Notes: generated from the sequence alone by a model not told the origin. A stretch of 64,000 nucleotides of DNA from Spirochaetaceae bacterium (GCA_051531975.1 JAOPTT010000005.1:224001-288000); one strand, 5' to 3'; positions 30,260-41,828 are shown, counted from the first letter of the stretch. Translations and numbers: made by a program.

Positions 30260-31648
30260 ATGAATAATGATAAAAAAGATAATACAGTAAAAGGTTATAG
30301 AAGAGCATCAACAAGTGAAGTTGTTAGGTATGGTTTTGGAGGCATTGGCTCAAATATTCCATTTTTTCTAACACTGCAGTTTCTTATGTATTTTTTAACA
30401 GATCATTTTGGAATCAGTGCAGCAGCAGTTGGTGGGTTATTCCTCTTTTCGAGATTAATTGATGCTATTACAGATCCTCTTATGGGAATGTTGGCAGATA
30501 GAACCAAATCAAAAATCGGGAAATACAGACCTTATATAATATGGGGAGCTCCTGTTTTAGGGCTGTTAACTGTTATGTTATTCTGGACTCCAGATTTGAG
30601 TACAGCTGGGAAAATTGTCTACATATATATTATTTATATAATGTACTCTCTTGTTTCTACTGTTGTGAATATTCCCTACCACTCCCTGACTCCTATATTA
30701 TCCCAGGATCCTGATCAGCGTACAGTTATTGCAACCTTTAAACAGGTTCTTGGAATTGTAGGAATTATGTTTGTAAGTGTAGGTGCAATCCCAATAACAA
30801 AAGCACTGGGAGGAGGCAGCAAAGCATGGACAATTTTTGCAATTATTTCAGCTGTTTTACTTACCCTCTCGTTCTGGTTATGTGCAAGTGGTGCAAAAAA
30901 ACATGACAGGTTGGAGCACTATAAGAAAGAAAACTCAACTTCAGGTTTATCAATTAGAGAGCAGTTGAAACTTATTACTAAAAATAAAGCTCTGCTTATG
31001 TTGATGATCGCCTTTGGGACAGACATGATAGCATATGCTGCAGCTTCAGCAGTTAATATTTACTATTTTACGTATGCTGTAAAACGACCGGATTTAATTG
31101 CTTCCACTATGGGTATAGGTGTTGTTTTTTCAATATTAGTTTCTATTTTTATCCCTTTCTTAAGTAAAAGAGTCGGCAAAAAACCTCTGTTTCTAGCTGG
31201 TTCGGCAATATTGATGATACTCTCTTTCATTCTATTTTTTGTTCCATTTACATCTGTATCTGTTATATTCGTTCTCGCTGTTCTTACCATGGCTTTTGGA
31301 CCGTTAACAGGTGTTGTTGGTTGGTCTATGCTTGCCGATTGTGTTGAATATGGTGAATGGAAAACTGGGCTGGAGGGGGCTGGAACTGTATCGAGCCAAC
31401 TTACGTTTGTTAATAAACTAGGGATGGCACTAGGTGGATTTATCGGAGGAACATTAATTTCAATGTCAGGTTATATTCCTGGTGCCGATCAGGCTGAAAC
31501 GGTTCTGAAAACTATTGTTGGCATCAAGACACTTCTTCCTGTTGCAGGTTATATTGCCAGTCTTATTTCTATGTCTTTTTATCCTATAACAAAAGAATTT
31601 TATTCTAAAATGATAAGTGATAATGAGTTAAGACGGCAAAAGCAGTAG
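30260..31648 (+). CDS. GPH-family (glycoside-pentoside-hexuronide:cation) MFS symporter
   Basis: RLIDAITDPLMG, GKYRPY, NIPYHSL, ADCVEYGEWKTG. Confidence 0.9.
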   Translation: MNNDKKDNTVKGYRRASTSEVVRYGFGGIGSNIPFFLTLQFLMYFLTDHFGISAAAVGGLFLFSRLIDAITDPLMGMLADRTKSKIGKYRPYIIWGAPVLGLLTVMLFWTPDLSTAGKIVYIYIIYIMYSLVSTVVNIPYHSLTPILSQDPDQRTVIATFKQVLGIVGIMFVSVGAIPITKALGGGSKAWTIFAIISAVLLTLSFWLCASGAKKHDRLEHYKKENSTSGLSIREQLKLITKNKALLMLMIAFGTDMIAYAAASAVNIYYFTYAVKRPDLIASTMGIGVVFSILVSIFIPFLSKRVGKKPLFLAGSAILMILSFILFFVPFTSVSVIFVLAVLTMAFGPLTGVVGWSMLADCVEYGEWKTGLEGAGTVSSQLTFVNKLGMALGGFIGGTLISMSGYIPGADQAETVLKTIVGIKTLLPVAGYIASLISMSFYPITKEFYSKMISDNELRRQKQ

Positions 31649-31818
31649 TAATAAAATATAATCGGGATTATTAGATATAGTCCGGATTAAATAATTACAG
31701 GTGAGTTTAATATCGAATGTATCGTGCCAAAAAAAATATTATTTATTATATATTTAAGCATCTATTTTAATTTGATTTTAATGTTCTAAGGGCTTAAAAT
31801 TATAATAGGGGGCAAGTT

Positions 31819-32019
31819 ATGTTCGATAGTGTTTCAAATGATCCATTTGTTAAACCTGTATCAATTCCGGTATTTTTGAGTCTTTATGGTTTTAAAAAAG
31901 AGTCTAGTGTATTAGATCCAGTTAAACCTGAAAATCTTGAAGAAGATGTTAAGATTGAAGAAAATTATCTTGAATACCTTTTTCATTATAAAAATGATAT
32001 TAGTCATTTAGTGAATTAA
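31819..32019 (+). CDS. Small hypothetical protein
   Basis: 66 aa ORF with AGGGGG RBS. Confidence 0.4.
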   Translation: MFDSVSNDPFVKPVSIPVFLSLYGFKKESSVLDPVKPENLEEDVKIEENYLEYLFHYKNDISHLVN

Positions 32020-32209
32020 ATTGATAAGGTAATCTATTATTAATCTCCTTGATAAATCCAATGGAATGTGCCATCGAAATTTTTGACTGGTATAATCTTG
32101 GTTATACAGTAGTTCTATATTAAGTTGATATTAATTATTTGACTCCTAATTAGATGTAACATATTATTATAAATAATAATAAAATATATATAGGAAGTTA
32201 AAATATTGT

Positions 32210-33751
32210 ATGAAAATTGAGTATAAATCTATTGTCCTTTCATTTCTATTACCCATAATATTTATTCTCGTTATAATCACAACATCTATATTATTAGTAA
32301 ACTATCTCAAGGATATTCAAACTGAATCTATATCAACTATGTATCAGTGGGAGAAAATAACATCTTATGCTGCAGAGCGATATAGAATGGTTGGAATTAC
32401 GTCAGAAGAAACTTATGATGTACTGATAAGAGATTTTAATGAATCTATATATGGGCTCTCTGATGTTCTTCCTGAATGGATAATTGGGAAAAAAATAACA
32501 GACGAATTTGAAACATTTATTACATTTTGGGAATATATTAAAACTCTTATTTCTAGTAATGAGATTACTTATGAAGCATTATTAACAACTGAACTGGGGA
32601 TATATTTATTAGAAAACAGTATTTCCACTGCTATTAAAGATACATCTATGTCAAATATGGAAATTCATAGATATGGATATTTTCTCTACAGTCACTTAGA
32701 AGACAATTTCGATAAATTAATGAATTTTATAATATTTGAGTCCTATTTTGAAACTAGATTATTAGGCTATTCCAAGGCTATTGGCAGGATTGTTAACATT
32801 TTAATAATAATAACTCTTATACTTGCAACTTCTATTTCAATTATTGTATTGATTTCTGCTAAAAATTATATAGGAAATATCTTCCTTGAGCAAAAAAAGC
32901 AGGAGCTTGAACTAATAAACCATAAAAAGAACTTGGAAACCCTTGTGACCCAGCGTACTGATAAACTTCAGAATTCTTTGGATCAGCTGAAAGATACTCA
33001 AAAACAACTTGTAGAATCTGAAAAAATGTCCTCTTTGGGAAGTCTTGTTGCAGGAGTTTCCCATGAAATAAATACACCTGTGGGTATTGCTGTTACAGCT
33101 GCATCATATTTGGAAGATAAAACCCATGATTTTGATTCTCTGCTCGAATCAGATAAAATTTCTAGAAAATCTATTATTGATTTTATGAAGGTTGCAAAAG
33201 AGACCACTAAAATGATTTCATCTAATTTACAAAGAGCTGCCAGCCTAATAAATAGTTTTAAACAAGTGGCCGTAGATCAGTCCAGTGAAGAGATTAGAAA
33301 GTTTAATATTCATGCATATATAAAAGAAATCCTTATAAGTACTAATTCTAAGTTTAAACACACAAGTCATTCTGTTTCTGTTAAACAGAGTGAGGAATTT
33401 AGTGTTAAAACCTATCCTGGTGCATTAGCCCAGATACTTACTAATTTATTAATAAACTCATTAGTTCATGGTTTTGAGGAGATTGAAAATGGGAAAATTA
33501 TCATAGAGATAGAGAAGCTTGATGAGTCTGCTGTTATTCATTATAAAGACAGTGGAAAAGGTATCAGCCACGAGAATATAACAAAAATATTTGATCCTTT
33601 TTTTACTACAAAACGTGGTATGGGAGGAAGTGGTCTTGGAATGAATATCGCATATAATTTAGTTACACAAACATTAAATGGAAGTATTAATTGCACTAGT
33701 AAACTTGGAGAAGGAACAAAATTTACGATTAAATTTCCTCATAACAGTTAG
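32210..33751 (+). CDS. Membrane sensor histidine kinase
   Basis: Two TM segments, H-box SHEINTP, N-box, DSGKG, FFTTK, GSGLG. Confidence 0.9.
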   Translation: MKIEYKSIVLSFLLPIIFILVIITTSILLVNYLKDIQTESISTMYQWEKITSYAAERYRMVGITSEETYDVLIRDFNESIYGLSDVLPEWIIGKKITDEFETFITFWEYIKTLISSNEITYEALLTTELGIYLLENSISTAIKDTSMSNMEIHRYGYFLYSHLEDNFDKLMNFIIFESYFETRLLGYSKAIGRIVNILIIITLILATSISIIVLISAKNYIGNIFLEQKKQELELINHKKNLETLVTQRTDKLQNSLDQLKDTQKQLVESEKMSSLGSLVAGVSHEINTPVGIAVTAASYLEDKTHDFDSLLESDKISRKSIIDFMKVAKETTKMISSNLQRAASLINSFKQVAVDQSSEEIRKFNIHAYIKEILISTNSKFKHTSHSVSVKQSEEFSVKTYPGALAQILTNLLINSLVHGFEEIENGKIIIEIEKLDESAVIHYKDSGKGISHENITKIFDPFFTTKRGMGGSGLGMNIAYNLVTQTLNGSINCTSKLGEGTKFTIKFPHNS

Positions 33752-33806
33752 AAATAAACATCCTTTTACCATGTGGTAATTTGCATTTAAAAAAAGGGAG
33801 AACAAA

Positions 33807-35105
33807 ATGAAAAAGATTTTTACTTTATTTTTATTATTTTCACTGATTGGAATTAATTCACTTTTCGCAAAAACTCAGCAGGAAGAAGATTTAAATAAAA
33901 TTAAGCTTATTGTTCCTCATCTTGGTTACAATGATGACCAGATAACAACTGAAAAGGCAAGACCCGGAGGTTTAACACCTCATGATGACTACTATATAGC
34001 AGTTAGAAAATCAGTTGAAGAGAAATATCCTGATTACGATGTTGATTGGGTAGACTGGGGTTGGGGGGAAGTTCTCGACCTGAAGCAACGGGCATTGATT
34101 ACTGCGGGGGATGTTCCAGATATTCTTTCCGGTGGTGAATATATATTGAATTATGCAAAAGAAGGAATTCTTGAGCCTCTACCAATGGATATTGTAGAGT
34201 CTATGAACCCTACATTTTTAGGTTATGACAGTGATGGTCAAGCTGTGGCTGTAGCGCATAAATCCTCTATATTTATGCTCTTTTACAATAAAGACCTAAT
34301 GGTCAAAGCTGGACTTGATCCAGAGCAGCCTCCAAAGACATGGGCAGAATTTAAGTCTATGTCTGATGCTATTACTAAAGCTGGAAATGGTGAATTCTAT
34401 GGTGGTGGAATCCCAACTTTCCCCCATTATGGTGGTTCTTTACGGGCGACCCCTTTCTTTCGTCAGAAGGATACAGACTTTGCAACAGCAGATGGACAAT
34501 CTAATCTTTCTGACCCTGCACTAATGGAAACATTGGAGTTTATTCGGGTCATGAATAATAACTTTCCTCCAGGTCTTGGTAATAACTCAGATGAGGGGCC
34601 ACTTTGGAGCGCTTTTCAGAACACTCAGACTGTTGCTTTTGTAATCAATGGAACATGGCAGGCAAGTAGTTGTATCCGTAAAGGTATGAACTGGGGAGTT
34701 GCGGTACTTCCGGTAGCCCATGGTGGTATAAATGGAAACTGTCTTGTAGGTTCTGTATTTAATTCTGTGCCAAAGGCTGGAAAAAACAGAGAAGCTTCTT
34801 TTAACTTAATAAGAGAAGCTTTATCAGTAGAGAATCAGAAGATCATGCTTGAAGATACAAATGCTGTAGGACTAAATGAGATTATTAACGATCCTTCTTA
34901 TTATGATGATAATGCAACTCTAATATCTGTTATGGACGCTTTAAGAAATGGAGAGTATTCATCGATAGCTACTTTTGCTAAGAACAGCTCTGCAGTTTGG
35001 GAAATTGTTCATCAGAAAGTATTAGCGAGACTAACTATGACAAACGATCCTATCTCAGAAATTATTAAAGATGCGGAAAAGGAAATAACACCTCTTCTTA
35101 AATAG
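33807..35105 (+). CDS. Sugar ABC-transporter substrate-binding protein (no permease genes adjacent)
   Basis: Signal peptide; LFYNKDL...AGLDPEQPPKTW; INGTW. Confidence 0.85.
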   Translation: MKKIFTLFLLFSLIGINSLFAKTQQEEDLNKIKLIVPHLGYNDDQITTEKARPGGLTPHDDYYIAVRKSVEEKYPDYDVDWVDWGWGEVLDLKQRALITAGDVPDILSGGEYILNYAKEGILEPLPMDIVESMNPTFLGYDSDGQAVAVAHKSSIFMLFYNKDLMVKAGLDPEQPPKTWAEFKSMSDAITKAGNGEFYGGGIPTFPHYGGSLRATPFFRQKDTDFATADGQSNLSDPALMETLEFIRVMNNNFPPGLGNNSDEGPLWSAFQNTQTVAFVINGTWQASSCIRKGMNWGVAVLPVAHGGINGNCLVGSVFNSVPKAGKNREASFNLIREALSVENQKIMLEDTNAVGLNEIINDPSYYDDNATLISVMDALRNGEYSSIATFAKNSSAVWEIVHQKVLARLTMTNDPISEIIKDAEKEITPLLK

Positions 35106-35133
35106 TTTATTATCGGAAAGTAACATCAAAATG

Positions 35134-35172
35134 ACTGGTGTTTCCTTAAAAAGATGTAAAACACCAGTTTTT
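35134..35172. terminator. Intrinsic terminator between convergent genes
   Basis: actggtgttt / aaacaccagt followed by a T-run. Confidence 0.6.
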
Positions 35173-35189
35173 ATTTACTTTTAATATTT

Positions 35190-36044
35190 TTATACCATTA
35201 AGTCTTTTCGTTTTGGTACTCTTAAATAGTTGTATTTAGGGTAACCTAAGGTGAATATAATTCCAAGTTTCATACCTTTGTCTAATTTTAAAGATTTAGC
35301 AACCGCTTTATTTCCAGAAGCATAATCTGCATAACCTACAACACAAGATTCTAAGCCAAATGTTCTAGCTTCTAACATCACATGTGCTGCAGCTAATGCT
35401 GAGTCTGTTTTTCCAAAAGAACCGGCAGATTTTGGATATGAGATAACAACAACAACGGGAGCTTTAAAGAATATTCTATCTATTGTGCCTTTTATAGTGT
35501 CTGTTAATACCCTTTTAAATGGCTTTACATAACTCTTTTTTGCATAACCTTTTATACCAATTATAGGGGATATAAACCTAACAATAGGGTTATCTAGTTT
35601 AGAGAAAATATTATATAGGGCCGTTGCAACTTTCAAAGATGCTAGGGCTACTTCTGAACCTTGTAGGTATGTTAGTTTGTAATGCCTACTATTTGAAGCC
35701 GTTGCTGTATGAGCCGCTGTATTGGCTAACTCTTTAAGTATGGTATCGTTTATAATATCAGTTTTATAGTGTCTAACTGAACGTTTCTCTCTAATTAACG
35801 ATCTAATACTAATACTATCTACATTAATATCTTTTCTATCTTCTAAAAATTCGCCATCGCAAGTAATAATGTTCTCAGGACATATAGCTGCACAATGCCC
35901 ACACTCTATACACTCGTTTGGATCAATTCGGTAACTACTCTCTTCAATTAATATTGCACTTAGTGCTGGGCAAACTTTTTTACATAAGCCACATGCAGTA
36001 CATTTTTCTTGTTCAATTTTGTATAACATCCCAGAATAATACAA
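35190..36044 (-). CDS. Nitroreductase-family protein with N-terminal 2x[4Fe-4S] ferredoxin domain
   Basis: CTACGLCKKVCP, CIECGHCAAICP, KRSVRHY; alternative ATG start at 36029. Confidence 0.88.
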   Translation of the reverse strand: MYYSGMLYKIEQEKCTACGLCKKVCPALSAILIEESSYRIDPNECIECGHCAAICPENIITCDGEFLEDRKDINVDSISIRSLIREKRSVRHYKTDIINDTILKELANTAAHTATASNSRHYKLTYLQGSEVALASLKVATALYNIFSKLDNPIVRFISPIIGIKGYAKKSYVKPFKRVLTDTIKGTIDRIFFKAPVVVVISYPKSAGSFGKTDSALAAAHVMLEARTFGLESCVVGYADYASGNKAVAKSLKLDKGMKLGIIFTLGYPKYNYLRVPKRKDLMV

Positions 36045-36289
36045 AAATTGATTAGAAGAATCAAGATTTTAATAGCTTTTGATATATCAAATATACCCAT
36101 CATAATGCCTGTATACTATTAAAAATTACACTTAAGTAGTATATACAAATATCAGTTTTAAGGTGAAAATTATAATAAATAATATATAAGGCAGTTATGT
36201 TTCAATTCACACAGTATAATATTATAAAGATTCTTAACATAGGACGGATCTTTATACTTGCTAACAAGATTTTAAGGATTAAAAAGTAA

Positions 36290-36712
36290 AAAACAAAATT
36301 GAATTAATACAATATAGTGATAATATTGCAAAAGATATTGCGGAAATGTGGACTCAAAGTGTAAACGGGCGGAACGGAATTGTATGGGGAGAGAGTGAAA
36401 GTTCTGTAATAAAAAAGGAAAATAGCCCATCCCACCAAAATCTCACTTTAGCAAGGGTAGATGACCTTAATGGGTATAACGATAAAAATATAACCTTTGA
36501 TTTTTCTAAAAGTGTTGTTGTAATGGATGAAATCCAGATGTAGAGCCCAAACAAAATAGAGTTTACCCTAAAAGTAAAATATAAGAGATCAGTTCCAGTT
36601 TCTTATATTTGCCATAAAAATTACATTTGAAGCCGGCATTGGAAACTAGTCGGTTTTGATTAAGAAAAGTGAGAATTATGAGATACTATATGGTGACTTT
36701 CTAGAGGGTTGT
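36290..36712 (+). pseudogene. Degraded remnant, possibly of a large GNAT acetyltransferase gene
   Basis: KIELIQYSDNIAKDIAEMWTQS...NLTLA resembles GNAT N-termini; no start codon upstream of this segment, fragmented frames downstream. Confidence 0.4.
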
Positions 36713-36728
36713 TAATCGATTATTAGTT

Positions 36729-36762
36729 ACAGAGGATTATTACAGTAATAGTCCTCTGTTTT
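36729..36762 (+). terminator. Intrinsic terminator
   Basis: acagaggattattac / gtaatagtcctctgt plus TTT. Confidence 0.6.
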
Positions 36763-36826
36763 CATATCTAATATAGAGTTTATATATATATACAAGTATA
36801 ATTATTTATATTATTTAGGAGAGTTT

Positions 36827-37552
36827 ATGTTTTACAAATCTATTTCAGATGTTTATGATTTTATTTTCCCTCAAAATAAAAAACAGCTTATCTTTATTGA
36901 TGGTATTAAAAATATATCAAAGGATGAAGTTATACTGGATGTTGGCTGTGCTACAGGAAATTTATCAGAACTTCTTGGAGAGAGGGCAGATAATGTAACA
37001 GGTATTGATCTGGACAGTTCACTTCTTTCAAAAGCAAATGATAAACATAATAATAGTCATGTTAAATATAAACTCATTGATATGTTAAAAATTGATAATC
37101 ATTTTTTAAAATGCAGTTTTGATAGGGTTGTCTGCTTTGGGAATACTCTTGTTCATCTGAATAACCGTAATGACGTAAAAGTTTATCTTCAGAAAGTATT
37201 TAAGCTTTTAAAGAGTGATGGTTTACTTATTGTTCAAATAATAAATTATAATAGAGTTATTAAAGGGAATATTACTAGTTTACCAACAATTGATAATAAA
37301 AAAATATCTTTTATCAGGAATTATGAATATCATAATAATGGTGATTATGTGGATTTCAATACAAAATTGACAATAAAAACTAATAATCAAGTTATAGAGA
37401 ATAGTATTCCACTATTGGCTTTGACTGATTTTGAGTTAAGGGAATATCTGAAACTTGTAGGATTTAAAAATATTACATTTTATGGTGATTTAAATGGTGG
37501 GAAGTTGTCACAAGACTCAATTCCTCTTTTGTTTAGTTGTGTAAAGACTTAG
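36827..37552 (+). CDS. Class I SAM-dependent methyltransferase
   Basis: ILDVGCATG, GIDLD, VCFGNTLVHL. Confidence 0.88.
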   Translation: MFYKSISDVYDFIFPQNKKQLIFIDGIKNISKDEVILDVGCATGNLSELLGERADNVTGIDLDSSLLSKANDKHNNSHVKYKLIDMLKIDNHFLKCSFDRVVCFGNTLVHLNNRNDVKVYLQKVFKLLKSDGLLIVQIINYNRVIKGNITSLPTIDNKKISFIRNYEYHNNGDYVDFNTKLTIKTNNQVIENSIPLLALTDFELREYLKLVGFKNITFYGDLNGGKLSQDSIPLLFSCVKT

Positions 37553-37714
37553 CTATATTGCTAGTATTACACTGTTTTATCTATTTCTAATACCTAACAA
37601 TGGTTATCCATCATAGTATTACTTCAAAAAATCGAATAATAGATGATATAATTAAGAGAGTGTGGTGAATCAAGGTATTCATCAGAAATAAAAAGTTTAG
37701 ATAGAGGAGAAAAA

Positions 37715-38497
37715 ATGATAACTAGATATAAAAAATTTTTGATTTTTTACTTGATTTTAACTTTATTTCCATCAATTGGATTTGCAGAGGAAACCATCCG
37801 TATAGCTACTGGAGAATACCCTCCATTCTTGTCAGAAAATTTAAAACACAATGGAGTAGGGCTCCGTATCATTAGAGAAGCCTTTGAGATAGTTGGAGTA
37901 AAAGTTGAATATGGGTTTTTTCCATGGAAACGAAGTTACCAACTTGCCTTAGATGGAGATTGGGATGCCACAGCCACCTGGGCTGATAAGCCTGGACGTA
38001 CTGAAGATTTTTATTTTAGCGATCCGTTATATAAATCTTTTTCCGGCTTTTTTCACCTTAAAACTTACGATTTTGAATGGGAAACTCTGGATGATTTAAA
38101 AGACATACCTATGGGAGCTATTTTAGGGTACACTTATGATGAAGAATTTTTACAAGCGGATAAAGAGGGAAGCATAAATGTTGAATATGTTTCTACACAA
38201 AAAAAGAACTTTCAAAAACTGCTATGGGGACGAATTAAAATCTGTCGAGCGCATATCGATGTAGGATATGCAATACTTGCAAAAGACTTTTCAGAAGATG
38301 AAAGAGAATTGATAACTCATCATCCTCATACGTTCCCTAAAAATGATACTTTTCTAATCTTTTCTAAAAATATTGATAGAAACAAAGAGATGGTAAAATT
38401 GTTCAATGAAGGTTTAAAGCAGATGAAAGAAGATGGTAAGATTGAAGAATATTTCAAAGAGTCCCGTGCAGGTGAATATCTTTTACAGGAGAAATAG
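37715..38497 (+). CDS. Family 3 (polar amino-acid type) substrate-binding protein
   Basis: Signal peptide, TGEYPPF, FPWKR, FNEGLKQMKEDG. Confidence 0.85.
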   Translation: MITRYKKFLIFYLILTLFPSIGFAEETIRIATGEYPPFLSENLKHNGVGLRIIREAFEIVGVKVEYGFFPWKRSYQLALDGDWDATATWADKPGRTEDFYFSDPLYKSFSGFFHLKTYDFEWETLDDLKDIPMGAILGYTYDEEFLQADKEGSINVEYVSTQKKNFQKLLWGRIKICRAHIDVGYAILAKDFSEDERELITHHPHTFPKNDTFLIFSKNIDRNKEMVKLFNEGLKQMKEDGKIEEYFKESRAGEYLLQEK

Positions 38498-40377
38498 TGA
38501 TAATAGAAAAAGATAGTCATAACCGGTTAGCACGTCGCCTTCTTTTATATGTAGTGTTATGCAGTGTCGGTTTTACATTTCTGGTTGCCACAGTCCAACT
38601 GTTTGGGGAGTACAGTTCTGAAGTTGAATCTATTCACGATACTATGAGTTATATTGAGAACAGTTATGTCCCAAATATCGCATTGAGCATATACCTAGTA
38701 GAAGATGAATTAATAAAGGTACTCCTTGAAGGAGCTTTACATTTTAAGGAAATCCAATACTTGGAGATTCAAGAAAAGCGAGGTGGAGAGATAGTCACAA
38801 GATTTGCAGGAAAAGCGGATGCTGCAAGAGATATTGTCAAAGAGTATCAAATAAAATATCGTGGATCGTCAGGAGAAAATATTTCCTATGGTGTACTAAT
38901 CGTAGCAGCCAGTCTGGATGAAGTATATCAACGTCTCTGGAAAAAATCCTTAGACATATTGGTTACCACTGCAATGATAACGTTTTTTACTACCATGTGT
39001 GTATTCCTTTTAATCCAATTTATGATAACACGTCATCTTAAAACAATCTCTAAATACACACATACTCTTGACTTGGATAAAATTGGATTAAAATTAACAT
39101 TAAATCGTAAAGAATCTGTTGAAATAGATGAATTAAGTCAAGTTGTACATTCAATTAACACCATGCAGGAAAGATTGAAAAATGGCATCACTAAACGCAA
39201 ACAGGCCGAGGAAGAGAAGATTAACCTCCAAGACCAACTACAGCAATCCCGAAAAATGGACGCAATAGGTCAACTTGCCGGTGGAGTTGCCCATGACTTT
39301 AATAATATGCTCACTGGCATAATTGGTGCAGCTCAATTGCTTCAGAACCCAATACGAAACCTTGATGAAAAAGGATTGGCATATGTCGAGATGATTCTCG
39401 ATGCCTCAAATAGAGCCTCAGATTTAACCACAAAATTATTGGCTTTTGGACGAAAAGGTAAAATAATTTCTACCTCTATAGATATCCATACCATTGTTGA
39501 TGATACACTGGCACTTTTTAATAGATCCATCGATAAAAAAATAAGGATTTCAGCTTCTAAAAATGCAGAACAATCAACTGTAATTGGTGATAATACAGCC
39601 TTACAAAATTCATTGTTAAATTTGGGAATAAATGCCTCTCATGCAATGCCTGATGGTGGTGAGTTAACAATCGAGACAAGAAATATTATACTTAATAATA
39701 ATTATTGCAATTCAAGTCCTTTTGACATATCAGAGGGGAATTATATAGAAATTACAATTAGAGATACAGGTAACGGAATTACTCCTGATAATATAAATAA
39801 AATATTTGAACCATTTTTTACAACAAAAAAGCAAGGGGAAGGAACTGGGTTAGGATTAGCGTCTGTATATGGAACAATTCAAGATCATCACGGAGTAATA
39901 AATGTTTATAGTGAAATTGGGATAGGTACAGTATTTAATCTTTATTTACCTTGCTCAGATGATGTGGTTAAAAAAAATCCTATGGAAAAAATTGTATTAG
40001 AAGGTGCTGGTCAAGTTCTTCTCGTCGATGATGAAGAACTCGTTCGTATGACTGGTAAATATACCCTTGAAGAAATGGGCTACAAAGTTATCCTTGCTGA
40101 AAATGGACTAGAAGCAATCGATATATTTGAAAAGAATTTTCATGATATAGATCTTGTGATTTTGGATATGATAATGCCGAAAATGAACGGAACAGAAGCT
40201 TTTGAAAAAATGAAAAAAATTGATGAAAATTGCAAAATAATTATCTCTTCCGGTTTCACAAAAGATGAAAATTTGAATGAGTTGAGAAAAAAAGGTCTTA
40301 CCGGTTTTATTCAAAAGCCATTTCGAGATTATGAGTTGAGCAAATTGTTGTCTGAGATTTTAAAAATTAATAATTAA
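38497..40377 (+). CDS. Hybrid sensor kinase with C-terminal receiver domain
   Basis: TM-HAMP, AHDFNNML, GTGLGL, VLLVDDE, LDMIMP, KPF; overlaps the SBP stop by 1 nt. Confidence 0.92.
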   Translation: MIIEKDSHNRLARRLLLYVVLCSVGFTFLVATVQLFGEYSSEVESIHDTMSYIENSYVPNIALSIYLVEDELIKVLLEGALHFKEIQYLEIQEKRGGEIVTRFAGKADAARDIVKEYQIKYRGSSGENISYGVLIVAASLDEVYQRLWKKSLDILVTTAMITFFTTMCVFLLIQFMITRHLKTISKYTHTLDLDKIGLKLTLNRKESVEIDELSQVVHSINTMQERLKNGITKRKQAEEEKINLQDQLQQSRKMDAIGQLAGGVAHDFNNMLTGIIGAAQLLQNPIRNLDEKGLAYVEMILDASNRASDLTTKLLAFGRKGKIISTSIDIHTIVDDTLALFNRSIDKKIRISASKNAEQSTVIGDNTALQNSLLNLGINASHAMPDGGELTIETRNIILNNNYCNSSPFDISEGNYIEITIRDTGNGITPDNINKIFEPFFTTKKQGEGTGLGLASVYGTIQDHHGVINVYSEIGIGTVFNLYLPCSDDVVKKNPMEKIVLEGAGQVLLVDDEELVRMTGKYTLEEMGYKVILAENGLEAIDIFEKNFHDIDLVILDMIMPKMNGTEAFEKMKKIDENCKIIISSGFTKDENLNELRKKGLTGFIQKPFRDYELSKLLSEILKINN

Positions 40378-40527
40378 ATTCGAACACTAAAAAAGTATTT
40401 ACTAATGCTAAGAGTGATTCCAGAGTGTCTATAAGATAATTAATTCCTCTTCGTCCAGGACTTTCATTCAGAGGAATATGAATTCTATTGAATCTAAAAA
40501 AACAACACAGTCTCTAGGAGGACTTAC

Positions 40528-40977
40528 ATGAAGCTGAACATAAAAAAGAGCTTATACACAATTGAACCAATTATCCCTATATTGGGGGCATTATATTTAT
40601 TATAAGCCAATCTCTCCATATTCTGGGTCAATACCGATAAAGTCCACTTACCAGGCTTATGGGCAGTATTGACAACTATCCCAGTAATTCTGATTTTCTG
40701 CGTAGCAGCTCTTGCTCTCTTTTTTAGAATTAAGAGACCTGAAGACAACTCACAAAAATCAGTTTCTCCTCTATAGGCTTTACTTAATTTAGGACTAATA
40801 GCCTTTATTGTAATCACTTTTTTTGAAATGACCACTTTTGATACTTATCATCCTCTGTACGCTTCTGGAGCCTTTATTTACGGCAGCATGACCGGTCTTC
40901 TGCTCTTTTGTGCCAAGCTTTTAATCGACGCTCTTCGTATGGTGTTTACAAAGAAGACAGATGAACATTTTAAATGA
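40528..40977 (+). pseudogene. Membrane protein pseudogene with two in-frame stops
   Basis: AGGAGG RBS, ATG 40528; the frame stays hydrophobic and TM-like through TAA 40603 and TAG 40774 to TGA 40977. Confidence 0.6.
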
Positions 40978-41039
40978 TTTTATATACTAATAATCCTTTT
41001 CTATGGATTTCATCTGATTTGTGCCTTCGTGCAGCCTGG

Positions 41040-41828
41040 CTATGAATTTCGGCTCTTTACTGAGAGAACTACTTTGCTGTTGCAGTTATTTTCTGTCTTT
41101 TAGGTGCTATCTCAATATTTCAAGGTGGACTATTCACCCGTGAGCGTGCTGGAAATCCTGCTCATGAGCATAAATTACACTTGAAAGACAATCTAAAGTC
41201 AATATTTGGCAATGTACCACTACTTCTTGTTTTACTCTCTCTTCAGATGGTTATGATGATGTATTTTGCAAAATACAACCTACAAAATGAAGATCTTATG
41301 ACAGTTATTGCGGGTATAAGTCTAGTATCTATGGCTATAGGTTCAGGTCTTGTTCCCTGGCTTTCAAAATATATTTCTGGAAAGAGACTTGTTCTTTTAA
41401 GTGGATTTGTTCTATCCATATTAGGGACTGTTATGTACTTTGTCGGTTATCATAATATTCTTGTATTCTACATTTTTGCCTTTTTATGGGGTATATTCAT
41501 GGGATTCCCTGAAGTTATACGTACTACAATGATAGCAAACACAGTTGAATGGATGGAGAAAAAAACTGGTAAACGTTGCGATGCAACCATATTTTCGACT
41601 CTAACATTCATTGGAAAACTCATTGCAGGGTTGTTACTTGCATATGTTGGTTTTAAGGCAAATGTCGTACAATCACCTGCCGTACTGGATACCCTTTTTC
41701 AAACTATGACAATAATTCCTGGTATTGGATCACTGATTATGATAATACCTCTGTTCTTTTATAATATTGATGAAAAAACTCATCAGAAACTTGTAGAGGA
41801 ACTATCTAATAATTCGGAAGTTTCATAA
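41040..41828 (+). pseudogene. C-terminal remnant of a GPH-family MFS transporter
   Basis: ANTVEWMEKKTGKRCDA motif; the frame extends upstream of the TTG (YFAVAVIFCLLG...RERA) but the N-terminal half is missing. Confidence 0.7.

Noticed and set aside
40524..40835. 103-aa minus-strand ORF
   Set aside because: Shadow of the plus-strand membrane-protein pseudogene, which has the strong RBS
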